Origin: a virus
Lineage: Duplodnaviria; Caudoviricetes
Reading direction: 5' to 3' (one strand)
DNA length: 29,742 nt
IMG/VR virus record: IMGVR_UViG_3300044676_002816
Location: 1 to 29,742 of that record
Every line of letters begins with the position of its first letter. Position 1 is the stretch's first letter. The position numbers and the translations under genes were made by a program. Below the pieces are notes generated by a model. The model had not been told where the DNA came from, did no database searches, and saw only the letters and a list, made by a program, of their open reading frames with translations. Positions 15,708 to 23,887 of this stretch are shown here, in pieces.

Positions 15708-16373
15708 TCAGTTGTAATCCATGTCCTCTGCGGCGATCTCAACGAGGGTCTTACGGTTAGGAATGGGGACGATGGTCTCGTCGTACTTCTGGCCCACAAC
15801 CTGAGCCAGAGCGTCGTCGTCCATCGGCACGATGTTCCACTCCTCCTCCAAGTCCCGCTCACGGACCATCTGGTGGTTGGTCTGCGAGGTCGGTCCCTTA
15901 CCGGAACGGCTGACCGCCCAGTAGTTCTTGGAGAGCGGACCCTGACGGGGGTCCTGATGGAAGTTCTTGAGGCTGTCGATGACCCGAGGGCCTACCTCAT
16001 AGGACTTGATGGTGGTGTCCCCATCCTCGCTCATGAGCGCCACGTTGAAGGCGAAGCGAGCGGAGGGACGATGGCCAGCATCACACAGGGGGCAACCCTG
16101 CGGGTGCATGTCAGAGATACAGGTGAATGACTTCTGGCCCTGTCGCTCCACCCAGTGCTGGCGGTACGAGGTGTAAGGCTCGTCCTCCAAGAACTTGATG
16201 ATGACGGGCTTCTCGTCAATCTTCAGACGCTGTGCGTACGGGGAGTCGGCCTGCTTCGTGTTCTCCACGTTGCCCCAGCCACGCTTGATGACCCGACGTG
16301 CCGCACCGCGATCAATGTCGGACTCAGGAGCAGACTCCTTGACTTCTGTATCTTCTTCGGTAAACATTCCCAT
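15708..16373 (-). CDS. Single-stranded DNA-binding protein (gp32-like, Zn-binding)
   Basis: IIKFLEDEP...RQHW...FTC...CPLC...FAFNV...VSRSGKG; acidic ends; adjacent to the polymerase. Confidence 0.75.
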   Translation of the reverse strand: MGMFTEEDTEVKESAPESDIDRGAARRVIKRGWGNVENTKQADSPYAQRLKIDEKPVIIKFLEDEPYTSYRQHWVERQGQKSFTCISDMHPQGCPLCDAGHRPSARFAFNVALMSEDGDTTIKSYEVGPRVIDSLKNFHQDPRQGPLSKNYWAVSRSGKGPTSQTNHQMVRERDLEEEWNIVPMDDDALAQVVGQKYDETIVPIPNRKTLVEIAAEDMDYN

Positions 16374-16390
16374 GTCGTTAACTCTTCTCT

Positions 16391-16849
16391 TTAGTGTGTT
16401 GGATAATTGTCTGCAATGTGCTTCTTGAAACCCTTCCAGTTAGGACTGTTGGGGTCATCAATCGCATATTCCATTGCCGCCTCTACTAGAAACACAAGTT
16501 GTGCCTCGCTGTACAGACGCCGTCCCTTGACCGCCTTACCCGGAATCTGTTCCGACTTAGGCGACGGGGTGCGGAATGAGGCTGGGGGTATCCAGCCTTT
16601 GGCTTCCCACGAGCGCACGGTCCCCGGCTTGCGGTTCAACGCTCTGGCGAGGGAGCCAATAGTGTAGAACCTCTTAGTTACGCCGTTGACCGAGTACTCC
16701 TGTGAGGGAAGAGACTCTAGCCACTGGTGGGTGGCGGGGACGTGGATGCGTCCGCGATTCTTAGGTGCCGCTGTGCCGGGGTAGTCCTTGTCGTCTTCTT
16801 CTACCTCACCGGCGAGGCGCTTGAACAGGTCAAGGGGGTCGTCGCTCAC
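16391..16849 (-). CDS. MerR-like HTH DNA-binding protein
   Basis: YTIGSLARALNRKPGTVRSWEAKGWIP...GRRLYSEAQL. Confidence 0.85.
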   Translation of the reverse strand: MSDDPLDLFKRLAGEVEEDDKDYPGTAAPKNRGRIHVPATHQWLESLPSQEYSVNGVTKRFYTIGSLARALNRKPGTVRSWEAKGWIPPASFRTPSPKSEQIPGKAVKGRRLYSEAQLVFLVEAAMEYAIDDPNSPNWKGFKKHIADNYPTH

Positions 16850-16995
16850 GAAAGGCCCTTTAGTTTCTTATGGGCCTTACGAACAACGGTCCTCTTACCA
16901 AAGGAGTGGATTACGTAGTAGCAGTCGGGTGAGCGCACAAGGCAAGTCCACTTTAGCAGTCCGACTTTATCTACTTGAACAATTTCATATGGCAT
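16846..16995 (-). CDS. Small basic hypothetical protein (49 aa), below the ORF-track cutoff
   Basis: MPYEIVQVDKVGLLKWTCLVRSPDCYYVIHSFGKRTVVRKAHKKLKGLS; GTGA overlap with the HTH gene; no clear SD. Confidence 0.55.
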   Translation of the reverse strand: MPYEIVQVDKVGLLKWTCLVRSPDCYYVIHSFGKRTVVRKAHKKLKGLS

Positions 16996-17018
16996 TATAT
17001 CTGTCGTTTTTCTTGTCG

Positions 17019-17047
17019 CTGAGGTTGAGGATTATACCACGCCTCAG
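17019..17047 (-). promoter_or_regulatory. Consensus extended -10 promoter bracketed by a short inverted repeat
   Basis: CTGAGG-CGTGGTATAAT-CCTCAA-CCTCAG on the minus strand. Confidence 0.65.
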
Positions 17048-17469
17048 TAGTCGTACTGTGTTTCTTCTACTGGAGCAACAAAAGCATAGGTGACGGGGGC
17101 TGGGTCGTGAAGACCCTCAAACTCTTCCTCCAGTCCCTCCCTCTTACGGTGCTCGTAAACGTAGCCCGTGAGAGCGTCCTCGTCAAGGACTCGCTCCACA
17201 CGAGAGACTTCCTCCCAGATACCGTGCTCCTTAGCCCACTCCTCAGCCCTGCCGATGTTGAGTTTCTGCTTACCCTGTCGGCGCTGGCGCTGGAGGAGGT
17301 ACCGGCCAGCGTTGAGGAACTGGTGGCCCTTGTCGTCGGTGTCCCCGCCATCCTCCACAGCGGCGCTGAGTTCGGCTTTGAGGGAGGCCACGATCTTCTC
17401 AAGTTGCTTGAGGTGGTTGGCGTGGACGAGGTACTCTTCTGTCAGTCGTTCAATCTCTTCGTTGGTCAT
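17044..17469 (-). CDS. Hypothetical coiled-coil protein (Gam/Gp157-like architecture, tentative)
   Basis: N-terminal coiled coil, DDKGHQ, RVLDEDAL, VTYAF; ATGA overlap with the helicase. Confidence 0.7.
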   Translation of the reverse strand: MTNEEIERLTEEYLVHANHLKQLEKIVASLKAELSAAVEDGGDTDDKGHQFLNAGRYLLQRQRRQGKQKLNIGRAEEWAKEHGIWEEVSRVERVLDEDALTGYVYEHRKREGLEEEFEGLHDPAPVTYAFVAPVEETQYDY

Positions 17470-19004
17470 AGCGATGAGTCTCTCAGAAAACCACTGAGCG
17501 TGTCAAGGGTCAGCGCCAAACTTCCGTCATTGTCGTGGTGCTTGCCGTCGATGAACGCCTCGTTGACTGAGCGCTTGAGTTGGAGCATGTCGTACTGACG
17601 CTCTTCGATGCTCCCCTGCATGACAAAGGTGGCGATGGTTACATGGGGGAACTCAGAGGACAGACGGATGATGCGAGCCTCCCTCTGTTCCAACTTACCG
17701 CTGGACCACGGCAGGTCATAGGAGATGAGGTAGTTCGCCATGGGCAGGTCCACGCCGTAGCCACCGGCATCTGATGACAAGAACAGTCGACAGTACTCAT
17801 CATCAGCAAATCGCTGCTTGGATCTGTCCCGCTCCTCGGCAGACATCCCTCCCATGAACATAACGCTGTCCGTTATGGGAGCCATAGCCCTCTGTATCAG
17901 GCGAAGGTTATCCTTGAAGAACGAGAACAGCACAACCTTATTGTTGTCATCTTGGTTTAAGACCTCGGTTATGTACTCCACACAGGCATCCAACTTGGGA
18001 GTCTTCGTCACACCCTCCAGCCAACCCCGCTTGACGATGTCGTATGCGTACTGGCTCCCCTTGACCGTGGTCTTGTCGGCGTGGTCCGTGGACGACTGCC
18101 GTACCAGTAGATGGTTATCACAAAGCATACGCAAGATGGTGAGGCGAGCCATGATGTCGCCTTGAGCATCATCTCCTCCGCCGCCGTTGTAGTGCGACCA
18201 CAGGTTGAAGCCGCCCTTACCCTTACTCATAGCCTCTGATATCTTCGCCAGCAGGTCGTTTGCGATCATCCTGTAGGCTCCGGCGCCGCCCGGGTCAAAC
18301 GGAACCGGAACAGTCTGGTGAATGATGTCCGGCAACTGGTCCTTTATGTCCTCGCGGGTCTTGCGAACCATGCACTCCTGCATGACCTTGTGCATCTTGT
18401 CGAGATTCCGGTAGCGGGTGGGCTTGCCCCAGTTATCACGGACGATAAATGTCCGGTCAAAGGTCTTGAAGTCCCCCAGCACGTCCTTATCTACGAACTC
18501 CATAATGCTAAATAGTTCTTCGGGGCGGTTCTCAATGGGCTGTCCGGTCAGGGCATATCGGTAGATAACGGTCTTACCCACACGCTTGAGTAGCCGGGAC
18601 CGCTTGGCTGACCGGTTCTTGATCATCGTGCTCTCGTCAATGACCATGGCCTGAATGTCCCCGATGCGGTCAGTATCGTTAGCCAGCGTCTCTGGGTTGA
18701 CTATCACATACCTGCTGTTGTAGGACATGCGCCAGTGCTTGTCACGCTTACCCCGTGGCCCGTCAATGACTGTGGCCTTGGCGTCTGTGAACTTGGCTAT
18801 CTCCTTCAGCCATTGGAACTTGAGGGAGGCGGGGACGACTACCAGACACCGCTGTACCTCACCCTGTTCGTGTAAGGCTTCGATAGCACCCAGCGTGGTG
18901 GGAGTCTTGCCAGCGCCCATGACCATGCCCAGCAACATCTGCCCACGGTCAACCATACGGTCCACCGCTTCCTGCTGGTACGGCCACAGGGTGCCCTTAA
19001 ACAT
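17466..19004 (-). CDS. SNF2-family DNA helicase/translocase
   Basis: LWPYQ, MGAGKT, VVVPASL..QW..EI, IDES, LTGQPIEN..EELFS, GGYGVDL, DLPWS...EQREARIIR. Confidence 0.93.
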   Translation of the reverse strand: MFKGTLWPYQQEAVDRMVDRGQMLLGMVMGAGKTPTTLGAIEALHEQGEVQRCLVVVPASLKFQWLKEIAKFTDAKATVIDGPRGKRDKHWRMSYNSRYVIVNPETLANDTDRIGDIQAMVIDESTMIKNRSAKRSRLLKRVGKTVIYRYALTGQPIENRPEELFSIMEFVDKDVLGDFKTFDRTFIVRDNWGKPTRYRNLDKMHKVMQECMVRKTREDIKDQLPDIIHQTVPVPFDPGGAGAYRMIANDLLAKISEAMSKGKGGFNLWSHYNGGGGDDAQGDIMARLTILRMLCDNHLLVRQSSTDHADKTTVKGSQYAYDIVKRGWLEGVTKTPKLDACVEYITEVLNQDDNNKVVLFSFFKDNLRLIQRAMAPITDSVMFMGGMSAEERDRSKQRFADDEYCRLFLSSDAGGYGVDLPMANYLISYDLPWSSGKLEQREARIIRLSSEFPHVTIATFVMQGSIEERQYDMLQLKRSVNEAFIDGKHHDNDGSLALTLDTLSGFLRDSSL

Positions 19005-19905
19005 AGACAGCAGTTACCTGATTGAGTCCGTGAATGATGGTGTAATCCGACATGTCTCCCAAGTCCTTGTCATCAGTATCATACTTCCAATACTTGATGC
19101 CATGTCGGAATGAGGGCAGACGGGGGCGCAGTCGCTTGGTCTCCATGCGGCCAGCCTGATCGTTATCAAACGCTACGATTAGTCCGTCGAACCTGTCAGT
19201 CAGGATGCGTACCTGCCGGTCTGAGATGTTGGCCCCGAAGGATGCGACAGCAGAGATGTCCGTACCTGCGTAGACACTGTGGAACCGGACCACATCTAGA
19301 GGCGACTCCAGCAGGAGAGCGGTGTCGGCATGGGCACGCTCAATGCCGAATAGAGTGTCGCCCTTGTGGATGCCCTCGGGGTAGTTCCGCACCCACCCAT
19401 GCTTCTTGAGTTGCCACCCCCACAACTCTCCAACAGGGGAGACAATGGGAATGACGGTGGCCTTGTTAGAGGTATCCCATCGGATACCGTACCTACTGGC
19501 TACCTCTGGGTCTAACTTCCTCACGCTCAGCAGGCGCTCTGGCATGGGGGCGAACTTGACGTAGTGGCTCCAGTCGACCGGCTGGTATACCTCCCGTACC
19601 TCCTGCTCCTCAGAGGTCAGCCTGCGTAGGCCACTGTCGATGAGGTGCGTCTGTACGTTCCACAGGGCAGACGGGTCGTTGGTCAGTTGGCTGACCAACA
19701 TGGACAGGTTGCCTCGCCCACCGCAGGAGAAGCAGTACCACAGACCGCTCTCAGAGTTGAGATACCACGAGAACCGACTGCTCTCACGGCCCTTAGTCAG
19801 GTGGTGTACAGGGCACCGCCCGTTGATCTCGTCGTTCTGTATCTTGTGTACTTCTACGCCTAGCCCCGTCAGTACGTCTACGAGGTCATTGCTCCTGTCG
19901 CTCAC
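18997..19905 (-). CDS. dnaG: DnaG-type primase (CHC2 zinc finger + TOPRIM)
   Basis: GTG 19905 with GGAG SD; CPVH...WYCFSCG; LLESPLD; AFDNDQAG; KDLGD. Confidence 0.9.
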   Translation of the reverse strand: MSDRSNDLVDVLTGLGVEVHKIQNDEINGRCPVHHLTKGRESSRFSWYLNSESGLWYCFSCGGRGNLSMLVSQLTNDPSALWNVQTHLIDSGLRRLTSEEQEVREVYQPVDWSHYVKFAPMPERLLSVRKLDPEVASRYGIRWDTSNKATVIPIVSPVGELWGWQLKKHGWVRNYPEGIHKGDTLFGIERAHADTALLLESPLDVVRFHSVYAGTDISAVASFGANISDRQVRILTDRFDGLIVAFDNDQAGRMETKRLRPRLPSFRHGIKYWKYDTDDKDLGDMSDYTIIHGLNQVTAVYV

Positions 19906-20146
19906 GTGCTTTCTCCAACACACTCTTAGTGATGAACTCAGTCAGAGCCGCTTCCCTCACACGCTCAGCGTCGATGCCCTCAATGACTGCCATCTCGTTG
20001 CCGTCGCTATCTACTACAAAGATGCGATCATCCGTTGCCTCAGCCAGTTCTTCCCTCAGTTTGCGGATGTACTGAGCAGCCTCTCTGAGCATGTGGATCT
20101 CGGGGGTGCTCATGGAGGCGTACTCCAGCCTGTCCACGATGTCCAT
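19886..20146 (-). CDS. Hypothetical protein (86 aa)
   Basis: MDIVDRL...EAAQYIRKLR; starts 1 nt after the DnaB stop. Confidence 0.7.
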   Translation of the reverse strand: MDIVDRLEYASMSTPEIHMLREAAQYIRKLREELAEATDDRIFVVDSDGNEMAVIEGIDAERVREAALTEFITKSVLEKARERQEQ

Positions 20147-20147
20147 C

Positions 20148-21398
20148 TCAATCGAACGATGGGTCGATTTCGTCAACTTCGTACACCTCCTCAAACTCCA
20201 TGGTGAGCCAGTTCCACTTTACGTGGACTTCTGCGTGGGCCGCAGTACGGGCCTCCACCACTCGGATGATGGCTTGATCGTCAAGGTCGGGGTTGCGCTC
20301 AACGCCCAGTACCAAGTCAGCGTCTTGCACAAATGATGATGTGTAGCCAATGGAGTCCGCCGTAATCGCTCGGGTACGCTTATTGTTGAGTTTCCAAGAT
20401 AGCACCTGCGAAGTCCCCACCACTGGGATGTCGAACTTCTGAGCGAGGCGCTTCGTACCACGGGTGATGTTAGTCAGAGCCTGCGGGCTACCCTTTGGCT
20501 CACCGTACTCGTCATCCATCAGGTACATACCGTCGATGTATACAGCGTCAGGTTGGTACTCCTGAATCTTCCCTGCGATGGCGCTGACTGTGGTCAGGCT
20601 ACTGCTGTCCTCAGACATGATGAACGGTTGCATGTTCTTACTGAGCACCATGGACTTACGGATGCGCTCCATCTCCATCTCCGACAACTGTCCACTGAGG
20701 ATGCGGTCGTAGGGGACGCGGGCGTTGAGAGCATCGTAGCGAGACAACTGCTCGTCCACGCTCATCTCAAACGAGATGAACATGGGGCGCAGACCGTGGC
20801 GGTGGCAGGCGTTAGCCATGATCAACTCAAAGAGCGACTTTCCGCGCTTCGGCTCGCCCACCATGACCACAAACTGCTGGGGGCGCAGGCCGTGAGTGAT
20901 CCTGTCCAGACCTGAGAAGCCTGTGGGGATACCACGCAGAGCGTTGGGGGTGTCCCTCATCTCCTTGTAGCGGTTGAGTCGTTCCTCCCAGCCCTCAATG
21001 ATGTTGAAGTCTCGCAGGCGTACGGTGTCCACGCTTGCGGCCTGTAGCCCCTTGCTCAGGGCGGCGATGGCATCATCAACATTGTTGTTGTCCAGCGGCC
21101 CCATAGCCTCGGACACAGCGTTGATAACGGTACGAGAGCGGTACGCCTTGAGCAGTTCATCGAACAGACCGCTGAACGTCTCCGACGAGGTGTCCTCAAT
21201 GTCGATGTCACCGTGGGCGGTGGAGAACGCACGGGCAGAGGGGGTGGCTCCGTGCTGGGTGTTGTACCCCAGCACCCATTGGTACACCTCCTGCCAGTCT
21301 CCAGCGAAGTGAACGGGCTTGATGCCGTACTTGACTGCCTCGTGAACCGACTGCTCATCAATGATCTTGCTGATTATGAGGTGTTCGATTGATGCCAT
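20148..21398 (-). CDS. dnaB: DnaB-like replicative helicase
   Basis: GIPTGF..LD..THGL, GEPKRGKS, FISFEMS, YIDGMYLM, K.LA....IPVV..SQ, QDADLV. Confidence 0.94.
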   Translation of the reverse strand: MASIEHLIISKIIDEQSVHEAVKYGIKPVHFAGDWQEVYQWVLGYNTQHGATPSARAFSTAHGDIDIEDTSSETFSGLFDELLKAYRSRTVINAVSEAMGPLDNNNVDDAIAALSKGLQAASVDTVRLRDFNIIEGWEERLNRYKEMRDTPNALRGIPTGFSGLDRITHGLRPQQFVVMVGEPKRGKSLFELIMANACHRHGLRPMFISFEMSVDEQLSRYDALNARVPYDRILSGQLSEMEMERIRKSMVLSKNMQPFIMSEDSSSLTTVSAIAGKIQEYQPDAVYIDGMYLMDDEYGEPKGSPQALTNITRGTKRLAQKFDIPVVGTSQVLSWKLNNKRTRAITADSIGYTSSFVQDADLVLGVERNPDLDDQAIIRVVEARTAAHAEVHVKWNWLTMEFEEVYEVDEIDPSFD

Positions 21399-21850
21399 TA
21401 GATTCCAAAAGTCCCGTCTGGTTGTGTGACCGTAGCACGGAAGCCAAGCATGGCTGCGTCATCCTCGTACGGCGTGAATAGCGTGTGGACATCGCGGTTG
21501 TACTTGAAGTCGTCCCTCAGGCCCTCCAAGTCATCGTAGGCGTACACCGTCACGGAGATGCCCTTGCGTGCCAGCCAGTGCTGGGCGGCGTCCGCTAGTT
21601 CGTCCTCCATGTAGGTGTACACCTCTACACCTAGGTTGAGTTGGTTCACCATGTGGTACAGAGATTTGAGGGGCATCTCATTGGTGCGCCACTTCCGCAC
21701 TTCCGCCTTGACCCACTCTTCCTCTGACACCTCTTTCTCACGCCTGAACAGCCTGCGCTTGACCGGCTCTTCCATGCTAGTGATGATTAGGTCCTCAAAC
21801 CAGCAGGCGATGTGCTTGTGCGTGGTGGGGGCGATGTCGTTACCTTGCAC
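21398..21850 (-). CDS. Hypothetical protein, possibly a degenerate HAD fold
   Basis: GTG 21850 with GAGG SD; alpha/beta pattern IACWFEDLI...VEVYT...HWLARKGI. Confidence 0.6.
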   Translation of the reverse strand: MQGNDIAPTTHKHIACWFEDLIITSMEEPVKRRLFRREKEVSEEEWVKAEVRKWRTNEMPLKSLYHMVNQLNLGVEVYTYMEDELADAAQHWLARKGISVTVYAYDDLEGLRDDFKYNRDVHTLFTPYEDDAAMLGFRATVTQPDGTFGI

Positions 21851-22406
21851 GGGCGACCTCAAAGTCGAAGTCAGCCAACGGGTTAGCCAGACGGCTCCCG
21901 TAACGGTTCTTGATGTCCTGTAGCGACAGGCGTGAGGTGATGATCGTCGCCTTCTGCTTGTCGTACCGCTTGCGGATGAGGCTCCCCAGTTCGTGGGAGG
22001 CGAACTCAGTCAGGCGTTCCTCGCCCAGCCCGTCGATGACTACCACGTCGAACACCCCCTTGACGTACTTGACCACATGCGGGGACGAGTACATCTCAGG
22101 CAGGAGACCGTCGTTGTCGAACGAGTCCTTAATCATTTCAATGTAGTCATCAGCCTCTACCCATCGGCCTGAGACCTTGTGGCTCTTGATGACGTTTGTG
22201 AGGGTGCGGGCTGCGATGAGAGACTTACCTGACCCTGACGGCCCCTGTAGGAACAGGTTGGTCTCAGGTGATATGTCAACTGCTTTCCAGTCGTCCATGT
22301 TCTCACGGATGCGCTTAGGGATGTGGAGGTGAAACAGTCGCTCGTCTGTAGACCGGTTACGCCACCACGCCTCGCTCTTCCATTCCAGAGGCGTTGAGTA
22401 GTTCAC
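21840..22406 (-). CDS. DnaC/IstB-like helicase-loader ATPase
   Basis: LFLQGPSGSGKS, VVVIDGLGEE, LIRKRYD...TIITS.L, RYGSRL. Confidence 0.85.
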   Translation of the reverse strand: MNYSTPLEWKSEAWWRNRSTDERLFHLHIPKRIRENMDDWKAVDISPETNLFLQGPSGSGKSLIAARTLTNVIKSHKVSGRWVEADDYIEMIKDSFDNDGLLPEMYSSPHVVKYVKGVFDVVVIDGLGEERLTEFASHELGSLIRKRYDKQKATIITSRLSLQDIKNRYGSRLANPLADFDFEVARAR

Positions 22407-23116
22407 CAGTTCTCCCTCTTCTTGACTGACTCCGAAGCCACGGCCATCTGCACCGTGGGCTTGCGCTCTGCGATCATCTTAGGGGAGCGCTTCTTCGTGG
22501 TCAACACCTTGGGCAGGGGGACCCGTTCCAGCGTGGCGAGCAAAGCGTCTACGTCGTGGTCCTCTCCCAAGTTCCATAGGAGCAGGCTCTCCAGCGCTGT
22601 CAGTTTGTCCTGACACTCCCGTGTGTCGCCCCTGAGAATCTCAGCCACGATGGTGGGGTACCGGAACAGAGACTCGTCGCACGACAGTAGTACGATCTTC
22701 CGCATCTCACGGGAGTCATCGAACAGCCCATCGTCGTTTGGCATACCGTCGATGAGCCACTGCAACACAGCGTTGTCAGTTCGCATCTCTACGCCCTCAA
22801 TGAGCGATGCCTGCACTTTGTTCGTGCAGAACAGAGCGGCAGGAAAGTCAACCTGAGCCTCAGGTGACTGGTAGAACCTGTCAACGATCTCCCTGATGCT
22901 CTCAGAGGAGAACCCCTGCTTGAGTCTCCTAGAGAACAGCACGTTGAGTTTGACCTTGTCCTCCTCGTTGCACCTCTGGCTCATCCGCATGTGGCGGTGG
23001 TAGGCGAAGTAATTGGTCAGGTCACGCACGGGCTTGCTTACATATGCACGGTACTGCGTAGGCACGTCGTCCCACTCCTCTGGTTGTTTGTCTGGGTCGG
23101 CTCCGAATACTGGCAC
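22403..23116 (-). CDS. Hypothetical protein (replication-initiator position)
   Basis: Coupled by GTGA to the loader gene; helical; no recognised motif. Confidence 0.7.
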   Translation of the reverse strand: MPVFGADPDKQPEEWDDVPTQYRAYVSKPVRDLTNYFAYHRHMRMSQRCNEEDKVKLNVLFSRRLKQGFSSESIREIVDRFYQSPEAQVDFPAALFCTNKVQASLIEGVEMRTDNAVLQWLIDGMPNDDGLFDDSREMRKIVLLSCDESLFRYPTIVAEILRGDTRECQDKLTALESLLLWNLGEDHDVDALLATLERVPLPKVLTTKKRSPKMIAERKPTVQMAVASESVKKRENW

Positions 23117-23119
23117 GTA

Positions 23120-23842
23120 TCAGGTTGCCCTCTTAGCCCAGACCCTCGCCTGACCCAGCAGGGTCTTCACCATGTTCCACTCCAAGGTGTCGCCGTCGAT
23201 GTCTGCGACGATGCCGTCGATGAGGGCGATGAGGTCAGAGTTGTCAGAGACACCACGGTTCTGGGCGGGGAACAGTTCTTCGATGATGCCCGACTTAGTG
23301 TTGGACTTGCATCCCATACGCTGACCGTAGCGCTTGACGACGAACGCAGTGGCGCTCTCCAGTTCCTCACGGGTCATGGGAGTCACCGGCTCGTCGTCCT
23401 CTTCCTCTACCACCTCAGGCTCGTTCGACGGCTCTTCCACGATGCCGATGATGGGGGCGAGGCCGTTGCTCAACTCCAGCACCTCAGCCTCAGGGCGAGT
23501 GTCGAAGACGTAGTTAATGTAGTCCTCGTCGTCGTCCCACAGGACGAGCACCTTGCCGTCCACGGCCTTGAGCAGGCTCTCACGGGTGTCACGCACCTTG
23601 ACGACAGACACATGGTCGCGGTCACGCACCATGCTGTGGACGGTCTGGCCCTCAGAGTAGAAGACGGTGAGTTCCATCTCGGTATCGAAGGCGAACTTGT
23701 AGACGGCCTCCACGGACTCGGGGATGTTCACCCCAGCCCATGCGAGGGCGAGAGCGTCCCCCTCTGCGACGACATCATTGAGGCTGGCGGTGACTGCCTC
23801 TGCCGAACACGGGCCGTTCCCGATGACGATGTGTGTAGCCAT
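23120..23842 (-). CDS. Hypothetical protein: alpha/beta N-domain, acidic linker, Rho-N/HeH-like motif
   Basis: SD AAGGAG; MTREELE...VKRYGQRMG...TKSGIIEEL resembles a helix-extension-helix nucleic-acid-binding motif. Confidence 0.72.
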   Translation of the reverse strand: MATHIVIGNGPCSAEAVTASLNDVVAEGDALALAWAGVNIPESVEAVYKFAFDTEMELTVFYSEGQTVHSMVRDRDHVSVVKVRDTRESLLKAVDGKVLVLWDDDEDYINYVFDTRPEAEVLELSNGLAPIIGIVEEPSNEPEVVEEEDDEPVTPMTREELESATAFVVKRYGQRMGCKSNTKSGIIEELFPAQNRGVSDNSDLIALIDGIVADIDGDTLEWNMVKTLLGQARVWAKRAT

Positions 23843-23844
23843 GT

Positions 23845-23881
23845 CTGCTCCTTGTTGATTGGCGGAGCAGCGACGGTATCA
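23845..23881 (-). promoter_or_regulatory. Extended -10 (TGATACCGT) and leader hairpin pairing with the SD
   Basis: CTGCTCC-N12-GGAGCAG-AC-ATG. Confidence 0.5.
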
Positions 23882-23887
23882 GGTTAC

